A stretch of 64,000 nucleotides of DNA from Malacoraja senta (Eukaryota): positions 930,001 to 994,000 of the forward strand of contig CM075994.1 in the NCBI GenBank assembly GCA_038087875.1, read 5' to 3'. The translations under genes were made by a program, and so were the position numbers. Shown piece after piece: positions 24,301 to 39,100 of the stretch (the first letter of the stretch is position 1; each line of letters starts with the position of its first letter). The notes beneath the pieces were generated by a model. That model did no database searches, had not been told where the DNA came from, and saw only the letters and a list, made by a program, of their open reading frames with translations.

Positions 24301-25064
24301 GCTACACGCCCGTGTGCCGGCTCAGTGCCTCCCTGCAAGGCTTCAGTTTCCAGCTCAATACCTGGTTCACCGTGTTCTTCACGTGTGACCGTTTCGTGGC
24401 TATCTGTTGCCGGAAGCTGAGGCGCACGTATTGCACCGAGAGAACGGCGGCCTTGGTGCTAGCGGCGGTAGGAATCGTCAGTGTGTTGACGAACGCGCCC
24501 TTGCCTCTCCGCTACCGGCCCTGTCACACCGTTCACCGTGTGGCCCACGGTTGCTGCCCTGTGCCGGGTCACCTGGAATCCCCGCTGTGGTCCGCCCATC
24601 GCTGGACCTCCAACCTCCTCATCACCTTGCTCCCCATCCCCGCCCTGCTGCTGCTGAATTCGCTGACCGCCAGACACATCCTGTGGGCTAGCAGGGCCCG
24701 ACTGGCCTTGAAGGACTCTTGCCAGGGGGGCGGGGGCGACGACCCCGAGGTCAGGAGCCGGAGGGCTTCGGTCGCCCTGCTGTTCGCCGTCTCCGGGAGC
24801 TTCGTGGCGCTGGCCGTTCCCATCACGGTGATCCACGCCTGGGTGGGGGTGAGCGCGACGGTGATGTTCCGCTGCCCCCGCTCGCTGTACGCGGCCGTGC
24901 AAGTCGCGATGTTGCTGAAGTGCCTCGGTTCCTGCACAAACACCTGTGTGTACGCCCTCACCCAGAGCAGGTTCAGAGCGGAGTTGAACGCCCTGCTCAC
25001 GTCCTCCTTCACTGCTCTGTGCATAGGTGTTAAGGTGAGGGGGAAAGATGTACGAGGAACCTGA
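21335..25064 (+). CDS. GPR139/GPR142-like GPCR, copy 3 (exons open, exon 3 acceptor GG)
   Basis: Exons 21335-21398, 22662-22797 and 24275-25064 have no stops or indels. Acceptor reads tttcGG and the exon 1 donor is T|GTAAGT. Functional status uncertain. Confidence 0.7.
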
Positions 25065-25844
25065 GCGGTACCCTTCAGCCATACTTGCTCACAATGGCCA
25101 CCATTCTCCATCTACACTAGTCCCACCTGCCTGCATTTGGTCCATATCCCTCCAAACCTGTCCGATCCATGTACGTGTATAAATGTTTCTCAAACGTTTT
25201 GATAATTAACCCTATGTCCTGCACTTAGAACTTGGAACTTGGCACTGGAACACAATGTCCGTGCCACAATGACCGTGCCAAACACGATGGCAAGATCATC
25301 TAATCTCTGTGTTGCCGCGTGCGCTTCCTCTCGGTGCTGCATTTCCTTCCACATCCTAAAATTTTTGTAGGATAATTGGACTCTCCAAATTGCCAATTAG
25401 AGAATAGGGAGTTCTCCTCTCTCCCCTTTTCTCCCCTCTCCCATCGAGCAAAATGTAAAGAAATATGAAAACAGAAAACCTCAAGTTTCAGGGATAGTTC
25501 CTGCCCAACTGTTATCAAGAAACTGAAGCATCCTACCACAACCAGTGAGCAGTGCTGAATTACTATCTACCTCATTGGTGACCGTCGGACTATTTTTTAA
25601 CGGAATTTACTGGATTAACCTTGCACGAAACGTTATTCCCTTATCGTGTATCTGTACAATGTGGACGGCTCCATTGTAATCATGTATTGTCTTTCCACTG
25701 ACTGGATAGCACGCAACAATAAGTTTTAACTGTACCTCCATTAACGTGGCAACAAACAAAACGACATTATTCCTACTGTATGCCTCTACTAGGGAGACAG
25801 ATAGACACTTTTATTGTTCCAGATTAAAAAAAAACATGAATTGG

Positions 25845-27050
25845 ATCATCATTGAATCATTGAACCATTGAATCATTCAACCATTGAATCATTGAATCAT
25901 TGAACCTTTGAATCATTCAACCATTCAGCCAGTGAACCATTGAATCATTGAACCAGTCAGCCATTGAGCCATTGAGCCATTCAATCATTGAACCATTGAG
26001 CCATTGAATCATTGAACCAATGAGCCATTGAACCATTGAACTATTGCGCCTTTGAATCATTGAATCATTGACTCATTGAATTATTGAGCCATTGCCCCAA
26101 TAAGCCATTGAACCATTGAATCATTCAACCATTGAGCCATTATAACCATATAACCATATAACAATTACAGCAAGGAAACAGGCCATCTCGGCCCTTGTAG
26201 TCCGTGCCGAACACTTACTCTCACCTAGTCCCATCTACCTGCACTCAGACCATAAGCCATTGAACCATTGAAACAAGGAATCATTGAATAATTGAACGAT
26301 TGAGCCATTGAATCATTGAACCATTGAACGATTGAGCCATTGAGCCATTGAACCATTGAATCATTGAGCCATTTGTCCTTTAATCTGGTTGATCACAAAC
26401 TCTGTTCTCATTGGGTCCATTCGAAGCGGGGAGAAATCTCGTCTGCACGGAGTAAATAACATTAATTGAATCATTGAACCACAGAACCATTGAATCATTG
26501 AGCCAATGAATCATTGGATCATTGAATCATTGAACCGTTGAACCGTTGAGCCATTGAGCCATTGAACCATTGAACCATTGAATCACCGAATCATTGAACC
26601 ATCGAATCATTGAACAATTGTATCATTGACCCATCAAAACATCGAACCGTTGAACCATTGAATCGTGAAATCATTAAATCATTGAACCATTGAGCCATTG
26701 AACCATTGAACCATTGAGCCATTGAATCATTGAATCATTGAATCATTGAACCGTTGAACCGTTGAGCCATTGAGCCATTGAACCGTTGAGCCATTGAACG
26801 ATGGAGCCATTGAATCATTGAATCATTGAATCATTGAATCATTGAGTCATTGAGCCATTGAATCATTGAATCATTGAATCATTGAACCATTGAGCCATTG
26901 AGCCATTGAATCATGGAGCCATTGAACCATTGAGCCATTGAATCGTTGAACCATAGAGCCATTGAGCCATTTAGCCATTAAGCCATTGAACCATTGAGCC
27001 ATTGAATCGTTGAACCATAGAGCCATTGAACCAATGAACCATTGAGCCAT
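25845..27050. repeat. 8-bp minisatellite, unit 3
   Basis: As 4981-6137. Confidence 0.95.
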
Positions 27051-30004
27051 TTGTTCTTTACAAACTTTGTTCTCATTGGGTCCATTCGAAGCGGGGAGAA
27101 ATCTCGTCTGCACGGAGTAAATAACATAAACTGCAGTCACTGAATTCACTGTTTCACAACGGGACACGAAATGGAATATTATTTCAATGTTTCTATAGAG
27201 AATAGACACAGGAGTGGGCCATTCGGCCCGTCGAACTAGCACCGCCATTCAATATGACCATGGCTGTTCATCCCCAATCAGTATTCCGTTCCTGCCTTCT
27301 CACCATATCCCCTGACTCCGCTATCTTTAAGAGCCCGATCTAGCTTTCTCTTGACAGTATCCAGAGATCCAGCCTCCACAGGCAGAGAATTCCACAGAAT
27401 CACAGCTCTCTGTGTGAAAAGGTGTTTTCTCATCTCCGTTCTAAATGGCTTACCCCTCAGTCTTAAACTGTGGCCCCTGGTTCTGGACTCCCCCAACATG
27501 TGTCCTGCATCTAGCATGTCCAAACCCTTAATAATCTTATATATTTCAATAAGATCCCCTCTCATCTAAATTCCAGAGTATACAAGCCCAGCCGCACCAT
27601 TCTCTCAGCATATGACAGTCCCGCCATCCCAAGAATTAACCTTGTATACCTATGCTGCACTCCCTCAATAGCAAGAATTTCCTTCCTCAAATAAGGGGAC
27701 CAAAACTGCTCACAATACTCCAGGTGTCGTCTCACTAGTGCCCTGTACCACTGCAGAAGGACCTCTTTGCTCATATACTCGACTCATCTTGTTATGACTA
27801 GAGAACACACTGAGTCATGTGGATATCCCAAAAGCTATTGAAGGTGTACAATTCATCAATACATTAAAACAAGGTGCCAGTTAGTACCTGTTGTCAACCT
27901 ATTCATGTTCCCTACCTTTGAACTCCGCTCCTTGAGGTTTCAGAAGACGTTTAGTTTAGTTTAGTTTAGAGATGCAGCGTGGAACAGGCCCTTCGGCCCA
28001 CCGAGTCCGTGCCGACCAACGATCCCCGCACGTTGACACGATCCCGCACACACTAGGGATAATTTACATTCTACCAAGCCAATTAACCTACATAGCTGTA
28101 CGTCTTTGGAGTGTGGGAGGAAACCGAACATCTCTGACGCAGGTCAAGGGGAGAACTTACAGACAGCACCCATAGTCGGAATCTAATCTCGGCCCTGTAG
28201 ATGATGTTGGAGGAGATGCCAGTCAACCTCTGCCTCATCTGCATTTGCACCTCCTCGCCCCGACAGTCTTTTCAGGTGAGGCAGAGGTTGAATCATCCCC
28301 CCACAATGACCACCACTGTGGGGGAAGGCACAATGTCCAGTCCCCAACCCAGTTCTCCCCAGAGTCAGGCCCATCGAGGCCACCACAGTTGCCTCTATGG
28401 AGGCCCGATGTTCCTGGCCGTCGGGAGAGTCCTCGGAGCGGTTGGAACGGCCGGTTTCCCGAAGGAGACGATGGCACCTGAAGCCGACAGGGCCGCGCCG
28501 ATTTGGAGCCACGAGGCTCCCGATGTTGGAGTCGGCGCCGCCGCCCGCAGCTGGTCGCTCCGCAGTCCTGCAGCCCGGAGGTGTTGGTGTCGGCGGTCCA
28601 GCTCACCGGAGCTCCAGCGCGTCGTTCCAGCGCGGCGACCCAGGCAAGGCATCGCCCGCTACGCTCCAAACAAACAAAGAAATTAGAAACACTAAAACAA
28701 AAGAAAGAGTGAATTTGACGGACGGCTGCTGTTGAACACCTCCGCTCAGTCCGTCTTAACCGTCTTACGTTTAAGCAATTTAATATCCTTTATTGTCATT
28801 TAGACATTTCAGTCTGAGCGAAATTGTATACCTTGCAGTCATAACATAGAATAAAATAACAAAACACACAGTTAACACAGTTTAACATCCACCACAGTGA
28901 GTCTACCAGGCACCTCCTCATTGTGATGGAAGGCAAAAATCTTAAAGTCCTTGTAATTTCCCTCCTCGTCTCGCTCTACTTTGAGGCGATCCAGGCTTCC
29001 GGTGTTGGGCATCCCAGCGGCTCCGCGAACGGGCTGGATCAAACTCCGTGGCCCGGGGCGGTCGAAGCTGCCGAAGCTGCCACCCACCAGTTCAGCGGAC
29101 GAAGCTGATGTTGCGGGAGCTCCGGAGAATCGGTCACCAACCTGGGACCTGCGAGCTCCCGACGTTGTCGTCCACTGGGCCCGCGGCCGAGCCTCCGAGG
29201 CTCCGAAGTCGGGTCGCCGCCACCACAGCCCCGAAATCGGCCAGCCTCGCGATGGTAAGTCCTGGCTCTGCCTCCGGAGCCTCGAGGTCGGTCCCTGTTG
29301 GAGGCCGCCAGCTCCGCGATTAGGCCTCAGCGCAGACGGAGACGGAGACGGGGGATACGACAAGAAAAGGTCGCACCCCCCCCCCCCCCCCCCGATGGAG
29401 GAGACTAAAGACAATTTCTCCCATTCCCCCCACACATACACAACTAAAATAAACGAAATAAACTAAACAACAGGACAAAATAAACAACAACAAAAGAAAA
29501 GACAAACGGACTGCAGGTGAGCCGCAGCTGCTTGGGCAGCGCCGCCACTTCCGGACATCGAAATCTGATAGAGGATAGACCAAGGGTCACCAAAAGGGTA
29601 GAGAGTAGTTCAGGACTGCTCTCTGGTTATGGTAGGGTGTATCAATTGCCTGATAACAGCTGGGAAGAAACTGTGCCTGAATGTGATGATGTGCCTTTTC
29701 AGATCAAGTTTCAGATCGTTTCCGAGCTGTATCACTCAACTAACCTAAAATAAACGAATCAAAACTAAACTAAACTCGACTAGAATATACTAAACTAAAC
29801 TAAATTAAACTAAACTAAATTAAACTAAACGAACTTGGCTAAATTAAATTAAACGAAACATAATGAAATGGAACAAAACAAAACTAAACTAGATTAATGA
29901 TAACATAACTAATTAAAGCAAACTAATACACTAAAGTAAACTAACTAAAGCAAACTAACTAAATTAAATTAACTAAAGCACACTAAATAAACAAAACTAG
30001 TGAT

Positions 30005-33001
30005 TACACTAACTAAACTAAACTAGTAAACTAGTAGAACGCCAGCGGAGTCGCGGGGCGGCAGAACACCAGCGCCCACCAAGCCAGCTCGGCCGACCGG
30101 AAGCACCAACAGACGGCGACGTGAACGGAAGCACCGCCGGGGACGCAGAGGTGGGTTAAAGGCCAGGTTAGAGCTAGTCCCACACAGGCTAGCGACTCCT
30201 AGCCATTTCCTCGCCAACGTGCGCTCACTGGCAAACAAAATGGACGAACTCCGGCTAAGGATCACCTCCCACAACTGGATCAAAGACTGCAGCATCTTGA
30301 TCCTCACTGAAACTTGGCTCAACACCGACGTTCCTGACAGCGCCATCCAGCTATCGGGGCGGCATTTACTCCGAGCGGACAGGACAATAGACTCCGGTAA
30401 GACCAGAGATGGAGGTCTGTGCATTTATGTAAACAAAGCATGGTGCACGGACACCACCATCATCGAGAGTCACAGCTCAGCTAACCTAGAGTTCCTCTTG
30501 GTTAGATGCAGACCATTCTATCTGCCCAGACAGTTTACCTCCACTGTTGTGACTGCAGCCTATATTCCTCCTGATGCTAATGCCAAGCTTGCAATGAAAG
30601 ATCTGCATACTGCCATTAGCAAACAACAGACTCACAACCCCGAGGCAGACTTCATTGTTGCGGGTGACTTCAATCACTCCAACCTGAAGACTGTACTCCC
30701 CAAATTCCACCAACATGTCTCCTTCGCCACTAGAGAAGACAAGACACTGGACAAAGTCTACACCAACATGGCTGAAGCTTACAAAGCCGTCCCCCTCCCC
30801 CACCTTGGACAGTCTGATCACCTCTCATTGTTCCTGCTCCCAAAGTACTCCCCACTCATCAGACGGGTTAAACCCACTGTGAGGACAGTTAAAGTCTGGT
30901 CAGAGGATGCGGACTCCACACTTCAGCAGTGTTTTGGAAACACTGACTGGAAGGCGTTTGCAGCCCAGGGCACCCTTGACTCCCACACGGACATTGACTC
31001 CTATACATCCTCTGTTCTGGACTTTATAAACTCCACCATCAACAGTGTCACCTCCCTCAAACGGGTGACCATATTCCCGAATCAGAAGCCATGGATGAAC
31101 AGCGAGGTCAGGCTACTGCTGAAAGCACGGGACACCGCTTTCAGGTCAGGCGATGCCCGAGCCTATAGTTCATCCAGGGCTAACCTGAAGAGGGGCATAA
31201 AGAAGGCCAAGCACTGCCATAAGCTCAGGATTGAGGAGCACTTCAACAACAACTCCGACCCCCGACGCATGTGGCAAGGCATCCAGGCCATCACGGACTT
31301 TAGACCCACCAACAGCACCCCCACATCCAGCAACGCCTCCTTCCTTGAGGAGCTTAACCACTTCTATGGCCGCTTCAATAGGGACAATCGGCAGTTGGCC
31401 ATCAAGGCGGTGCTCCCTGCCGATCACCAGCCCCTCTCACTCACCCCCTACGACGTGTACGTGGCACTGAGTAGGACTAATGCACGTAAGGCTGCTGGCC
31501 CTGACGGCATCCCCGGGCGCGTCCTCAGGGCCTGTGCTGCGCAGCTGACAGACGTCTGGACTGACATCTTCAACCTGTCACTTGCCCAAGCAGTTGTGCC
31601 CACGTGCCTTAAATCCACCTCCATCGTGCCGGTGTCAAAACACTCCACTGCGGCAAGCCTCAACGACTTCCGCCCAGTTGCACTTACTCCCATCATCGCC
31701 AATTGCTTCGAGAGGCTGGTCCTGGCACACCTCAAAGGCTGCCTACCCCCCACATTGGATCCCTATCAGTTTGCCTACCGCAAGAACAGGAGTACGGAGG
31801 ATGCCATCTCAACGGCACTTCACTCCGCGCTCTCCCACCTCGACAACAGAGACACTTACGTAAGAATGCTGTTCATCGATTACAGCTCAGCATTCAACAC
31901 CATCATACCCTCTAAACTGATCACCAAACTCGGTGACCTGGGCATCGATCCCTCCCTCTGCAACTGGATACTGGACTTTCTAACCAACAGACCCCAGTCT
32001 GTTAGGTTAGACAAGCGCACCTCTTCAACCCTCACCCTGAACACCGGCGTTCCACATGGCTGTGTGCTGAGCCCCCTCCTCTACTCCCTCTTCACCTACG
32101 ACTGCACACCTGTACATGGTATTAACACCATCATCAAGTATGCAGATTATACAACGGTGATTTGCCTCATCAGCAACAACGATGAGTCGTCCTATAGGGA
32201 GGAGGTCCAGCTCGTAGCAGCATGGTGCGCTGACAACAACCTGGCCCTTAACTCCAAGAAGACCAAGGAGCTAATTGTAGACTTCAGGAAGTCTAGGGGC
32301 GGCACGCACACCCCCATCCACATTAACGGGACGGAGGTGGAACGTGTTTCCAGCTTCAGGTTCCTGGGGGTCAACATCTCCGATGACCTCTCTTGGACCA
32401 ACAATACCTCAACTCTGGTCAACAAGCCTCACCAGCGTTTCTTTTTCCTGCGGAGACTAAAGAAGGTCCATCTGTCTCCTCAGATTCTGGTGAACTTCTA
32501 CCGCTGCACCATCGAGAGCATCCTTACCAACTGCATCACAGTATGGTATAGCAACTGCTCTGTCTCGGACCGGAAAGCACTGCAGAGGGTGGTGAAAATT
32601 GCCCAACGCATCACCGGTTGCTCACTCCCCACCATTGAGTCTGTCCAAAGCAAGCGATGTCTGCGAAGGGCGCTCAGCATCGCCAAGGACTGCTCTCACC
32701 CCAACCACAGACTGTTTACCCTCCTACCATCCGGGAGGCGCTACAGGTCTCTCCGTTGCCGGACCAGCAGGTCCAGGGACAGATTCTTCCCTGCGGCGGT
32801 TACACTACTCAACACTGTACCTCGGTGACTGCCAAACACCCCCCCCCCCCCCCGGACACTCCTCCCACCAGGATTTATTATATTTATTTATTTACTGCTC
32901 ATATTTATGTCGCTCTTCTAGGGAGATGCTAACTGCATTTCGTTGTCTCTGTACTGTACACTGCACAATGACAATAAAGTTGAATCTGAATCTGAATCTG
33001 A
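30005..33001 (+). mobile_element. Rex1/Babar LINE with uninterrupted 869-aa ORF (30219-32828)
   Basis: APE + RT ORF is open, but YADD has become YADY and GVPQG has become GVPHG. TGAT at both ends. Confidence 0.93.
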
Positions 33002-33194
33002 TGTAATGACTGTGGTTGTGAGTGCAACGTTATCTCTGAGGATCATTAGGTCTCATTAGTGCTGGTTTGCGAACCCTTGCGTTGAATATTTGCTCTGGCT
33101 AATGACATGGATGTCGCAAGAGACCATCTGCTCACGTATAAATCCTTCCGTTTCCAAAGCACCCCATTCATAGAGCGCCTCCTTTCACCAGAGG

Positions 33195-36100
33195 ATGGGA
33201 ACGTACGCACTTCACATCGAGATCTTCTACCCGATTATTGCAGTCATTGGTGTGCCTGGTAAGTCATTTCATTTAATGTAGCGGTGGTTTTCTCTCCGTG
33301 CCTCCCTCCCCCACCCTAGTTGTCGTATTAGTTTCACTGTCGTCTTATTGAGTTTCACTCTCTGTATAACTCGTTATCACCTAGCCCTCATCCAACAATG
33401 GGCCATCATGGGCTCTCCATTTCATTGATCATCGTTACTTTATGCATAGCTTTCATTCATTTGCTCTTTATATCTCTCCATCACCGACTATATCTCTCGT
33501 TTTCTTTTCTCCTTACTGGTCTGAAATAAAGGACTCGACCCGAAATGTCACGTATTCCTTCGCTCCGGAGATGCTGTCTGACCCACTGAGTTAATCCAGC
33601 ATTTGTGTGCCTCTTAGCAGAATGACGCCTGCTTTAGCGGGAATCAGCTACAAGGAGAAGTCGGACAGACTTGGATTGTTTTCTCTGGAATACCGGAGGT
33701 TAAATGGAGACCTTCTATGTCTCTTCATTGTTTTTGGCTGCAGTTGATTTATCTGCATCCATTGTGCCAGTCAGTGGTCAGAGTCAGGGCAACGATGAGA
33801 TTATTCACTTTTGTGCTCTTGGTTTCAATGCTAAGGGAAGACGGATTGCTTCTAACATTGGGCAGGTAGTCGCTGGTCTGCGCAGGCCCGACGGGCCGAA
33901 AGGCCTGTTTTCACTCTTATTGTCTAAAATTAGGTGTAGCACCGTGGCGCAGATGGAGAGTTGCTGCCTCACATCGCAAAAGACCTGGGTTCAGTCCTGA
34001 CCTCGGGTATTGTGTATGGCCTGGATGGAGTGAATGTGAAGAACCCGTCAAGTCTACTGTAACATTCAGTCATGGCTGATCTATCTTCCCCTGATCACCC
34101 CCATTCTCCTGCCTTTTCCCCCTATCCTTTAACAACCTTATTGATCAAGAGCCTGTCAATCTCCGGTTAACAAATACCCAAATGACTTGGATCGTATTCA
34201 GTTCAGTTGAAATTAGTTCATTATCACGTGTACCGAGGTACAGTGAAAAGCTTTTGTTGCGTGCTAACCAGTCAGCGGAAATCGCGATTACAATCGAGCC
34301 ATTTCCAGTGTACAGATACATGATAAGGGAATGACGTTCAGTGCAAGGTAAAGCCATCAAAGTCCGGTCACACATGGTCCGAGTGTCACCAATGAGGTAG
34401 AAAGTAGTTCAGGACTGCTGAAATTATTGTTACATTTATTGCCGTTCCCTACAGATGCAGTCCCCTACGCCTCTATCCCATTTCCCTCTTGCTTCTCGCC
34501 GTTGTGTGTTTCCTTACAGCCAACTTGATGTCCTTGGTGATCCTGTTTCGAGGAAAGTGCTGTCTCTCCAAAGACATCACCTGCTACATGATGGCCATGG
34601 CGATGGGTGATCTCTTGGTGTTGGTCTTCAACGTCATAGTCAGCCAGATAGTCAGGTACTGTAAAGAATCTATAACGAGGCATCGTTACTTTACTATCTT
34701 TATTCATACTGGAGCATTACATATTGCACTAGCTGTACGTGGTCTGTCACAGGAACTAGAGAGCGATCTGTGGGTGGGGAGGTTGTAGTTATACTTGTGA
34801 TATGGGGAGTGGTTAGTAGGTATGAGGTCACTATGTTAAAGGCACATGCATATATCATCTACATCCTTCCCCTCCGAATCGACAGGCAAATACAATGGTG
34901 ACAGGGCGACCACGGCTCATGCGCTAGGATGGTTAAACAAAATCGCCATAGCGGACAGGCGGTTTCGCAAGACGTCCCGACCGGGTTCGCGTCTCGCCAT
35001 CCTCCCTTCCGGCAGGAGGAAGAGGCACCGATGGGGACAGACGAACCTGAAAGGGGGAAACGGGAGGAGACGGAGGAGACCGCGGCACCAAACCCGGAGG
35101 TGATGCGGGATCAGGAGCGGGCAGTGCGCGGGCAGGCGAGCGAGGACTAGTCGGAGCAGGGTGGGACGGAAGGAGTTGAGGAGGTGCAGAACGTTGCATG
35201 TTAGGAAGGACGGGCAGAGCAACGCCCGGACGCGAAGCCGGCAGTGGGGGAGCAAAGGGATCCGCCGCAGGAGGACGCGGCTCGTTGAAGAGCCAAAGGT
35301 GCTGGCGGGACCGTCGGTAAATGGCTCCCGCATGGTCGACGAGATAAGACCTGGGCGACCCCGCAGAGCCGACGACGGTGGCGAGCTTGGAGTGACCGGA
35401 AGTGGTCTGCATACGGACAACTTGACCGGGGAAGAGGCGCGGCAGCGGGTGGCAGGACCTGTCATGGGAACGCTTTTGGACATTGTGCCTGAATGCAATG
35501 CGTTTCTGAACCGCCGCAGGTGGGAGGACGGAGGGTATGAGGGAGCGCTGGGCCACCGGGAGCGGGAGCCTGGTAGCGCGAGACATGAGCCGCTGAGCAG
35601 GGGAACCCATGGCAGAGTCGCGGAAAATGTTGCGGAGGTTGAGGAGGGCCAGATGGAAGTCGGAGTTAATGCCACCACACTGTTCCAGCAGGTGCTTCGC
35701 GCTGCGGACGGCACGCTCGGCCAGACCGTTGCTTTGCGGGTACTCCGGGCTGCTGGTGAAATGGCGGAAGTTCCAACTGGAAGCGAACGCTTTAAACTCG
35801 GAGCTCGTGAACTGGCTGCCATTGTCCGATTGCAGGCTTGCCGGGGGGCCAAAAGTGCCAAAATGAGGGTACAACCTGTCGATGATGGCCGAAGAGGTTA
35901 GGGAGTGCAGCCGGTCGACCACAAACCAGCTGGAGTAGGAGTCAACGAGAACCAGGAAGTGTTTGCCTCGCCACTCGAAAATGTCGGCGGCGAGCGCCAT
36001 CCAGGGCAGTTCGGGCGCGGGCTGCTGCAGAAGCGGCTGACGCTGCTGGTGGGGGGCGAGGCTGTTGCAGGTGGAACACGAGGAGACCCTCTCCCGGATG

Positions 36101-39100
36101 TATTTGGCCATGTCCGGCCAATAGAACTGGCTCCTGGCGAGAGACACGGTGGCTTCGGCCCCAGGATGACCGCGGTGAGCGACTTGAAAATAGTGGTCGT
36201 GCAGCGCCGCGGGCACGACCACCTTGTGACCCTTCACCACCACGCCGTCGTGTAGTACGAGCTCATCACGGACCAGGAAGTAGGGCACGGCACCAGCCGG
36301 CAGTGCGGAACGACGGTCGGGCCAGCCCCGCTGGATGACGGCAGACAGCTGTTGCAGGGCCGGGTCATTGGTAGTGTGTTCAACCAGGGACTTCATCTGT
36401 TGTGAAGGGACGATGTCCATTTGGAGCACCAATAGATCAGACATCTCATATGGGTGGCGAACGGTGGACGACAGCGGGGCGCGAGACAACGTGTCGGCCA
36501 CGAACATGTCCTTGCCCTTACGATAAACCACCGTGAACGTGAAGCGCTGGAGCTGCAGCATCATGCGCTGTAGGCGTGATGAGGCCACATGGATCGACTT
36601 GTTGAGGATGGTGACAAGTGGCTGATGGTCAGTTTCAATGGTGAAAGTGTTGCCCACGATGTAGTCTCTGAATTTGGAGCAGGCAAACACCACGGCCAGT
36701 AGCTCCTTCTCAATCTGCGCGTAGTGCTGTTCGGTGACGGTCATGGTGCGGGATGCGAAGGAGACAGGCAGCTGTAGGCCGTCATGGACCTGGAGACAGG
36801 CGGCACCGAGTCCGAACTGAGAGGCGTCGCAGGTGAGGACAATGGGACGCTGCAGGTCAAAAAACTTGAGCGTGGGGGTGCTGATCAGCTTGGACTTAAG
36901 AATGTCGAATGCTTTCTGATGGTGGGGGAACCAAGCCCAGGACGTGTCCTTTTTTATCAAATCCCTCAGGGGAGCGCTGAGCTCCCTGAGGTCGGGGATG
37001 AACTTCCCCAGGTAGTTTACCAAGCCCAGGAAGCGTTGTAGGCCTGCCACATTAGTAGGAGAAGGCATCCCTGAAATGGCAGCCGTTTTTTGCGGGTCTG
37101 GCTTTAACCCCTCGGCGGTGAATACATGTCCAACATAGGTGACCTCCGGGACGCGGAATCGGCACTTCTTGGGGTTAAGTTTCAAGTTGATTTGCCGGGC
37201 CCGGTCCAGGACCTGGCGGAGGTTGACATCGTGTTCGGCAACGTCCTTACCGTAAACGAGGATGTCGTCAACAATGATGGCGCACGGTAGACCTGAAAAC
37301 AACTGCTCCATTGTCCGCTGGAATACCTCGCTGGCAGAGTTGATTCCGAATGGCATTCGGAGGAACCGAAACCTCCCGTAGGGGGTGGCGAAAGTTGTCA
37401 AAATGGACGACTGCTCGTCCAGTGGTATCTGCCAGAAGGAGCTTTTGGCATCGAGGACAGAAAAAACCGTTGCCGGACCAACCTGTGCAGCGACTTCTTC
37501 TACCGTTCTCATGGGGTAGTGCGGGCGTCTAATGGCCAGGTTGAGGTCTTTGGGGTTGATGCAGATGCGTATCTCGCTCATGTCCTTTTTCGCAGCAACA
37601 ACCATGGAAGAGACCCACCTGGTGGGCTCGATGACCACCTTTAGGATGCCCATTTGTACCATACTGTGTAGTGTCGACTCCACTCTGTCCTTCATGGCGA
37701 AGGCGACACGGTGAGGAGCATTGACCACTGGATCGATCTTACGGTCCACTACAATCTTGTAGCTGCAGGGTAGTTTGCCTAGCTCATCATCAAAGCGGTC
37801 GGGATAATCGGCCAGCGGGTCCATGAGGGCCTGCACCTGGTGGATGTCACGGTGGAAGGATACTAGTCCCATTTCCTGGCATGCCCGGATGCCCAGCAGG
37901 GGAATGCATTTTTGATCGAGGAGATAGAAGGTGAGGGGCCGAGAGGTCTCTAGTATCTTACAGCGTAGCGTGGCCTTGCCCACAGGAGTAAGAATCTCCC
38001 CCCCCCCGTAGGCATGCAAGGTTGAGTTCTGAGAAAAAATCTGCTCATTAGTCCTTATCTGTTTGAAGACAGATGTTGACATTACGTTCGCAACCGCCCC
38101 CGTGTCAATCTTAGCAGTGAAGGTCGAGTTGTTCACAGTGACTCGCACAGAAGGGTCCGTTATCATAGCAGGTGCGCCCAACACAGTATACAAGCTGTTC
38201 TCCCCCTGAGAGGAGTCGGATGCAGAAACAGACTGTTCATCGAAATAGCACTGGGAGCTGAGCTCACTATCAGTTTGTAGAAGGTTGTTTAAATTTCCCC
38301 TCGGAGCAGCGACAGGCTTCCCACGGGAGCGCCGCAGCAAAATGGTTCAATTTCTTGCAGAAAGTACACGTTTTACCCAAGGCAGGGCACACATTGTATT
38401 GATGAGTGGTGAAGTTGCAATTAGGGCACCTTTCCCGGGTACCTCCCCCGGGAGCAGTAACGAACCCCGGGGCACGTCCCCCTCGAGCAGCGAGCGACCC
38501 CGGGGGCCGCGAGCGGGGCGTGTTCATCAGATGACTGGGAGTGCTGGCACAGTTAATCGCCTGTTCAGCCGGTGACACCGCCGAGGTGACAGCTTCAGCT
38601 AAGCGAGTGGCGTGCATCGCATCGTTAAAAGTCAGATCCGGCTTGCGCAGAAGTTCGGCCCTGAGCTTATCATCGCGGAGACCGTAAACTAGAAGGTCCC
38701 TGATAATCTCATCGGGGGTCCACGTGTGGAGGCGGCAGCGCCTGGCCAGGTGGCGCAGCGCAGAGACATAGTTCTCAGCATTTTCCCCAGGTAGCTGACG
38801 CCGCGCGAACAGTTTAAAACGTTCTAAGATGCAGTTTGTTGGGATATCACAAATAGCATCAAACTTAGCCACCAGACATACCGGGTCCCGAGCTGATTCT
38901 CCAGCAGCGTAGACGAAGAAGTCAGAGCGAGTCAGGGCCTCGGGACCAGCCAAGTTGAGAAGCAGAGAGGCTTTGAGATCAGCGGTGGCGGCAGGATGAG
39001 CGATCGTGACATAGTGTTCAAAGTCACGTTTGAATACGTCCCATCGAAGGGCGATGTCTAAATCGAAAACGAGCACATCAGGCTTACGGGCAGAAGAGGC

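Noticed and set aside
34846..37714. Plus-strand ORFs inside the Gypsy element
   Set aside because: Antisense shadows of GC-rich pol.
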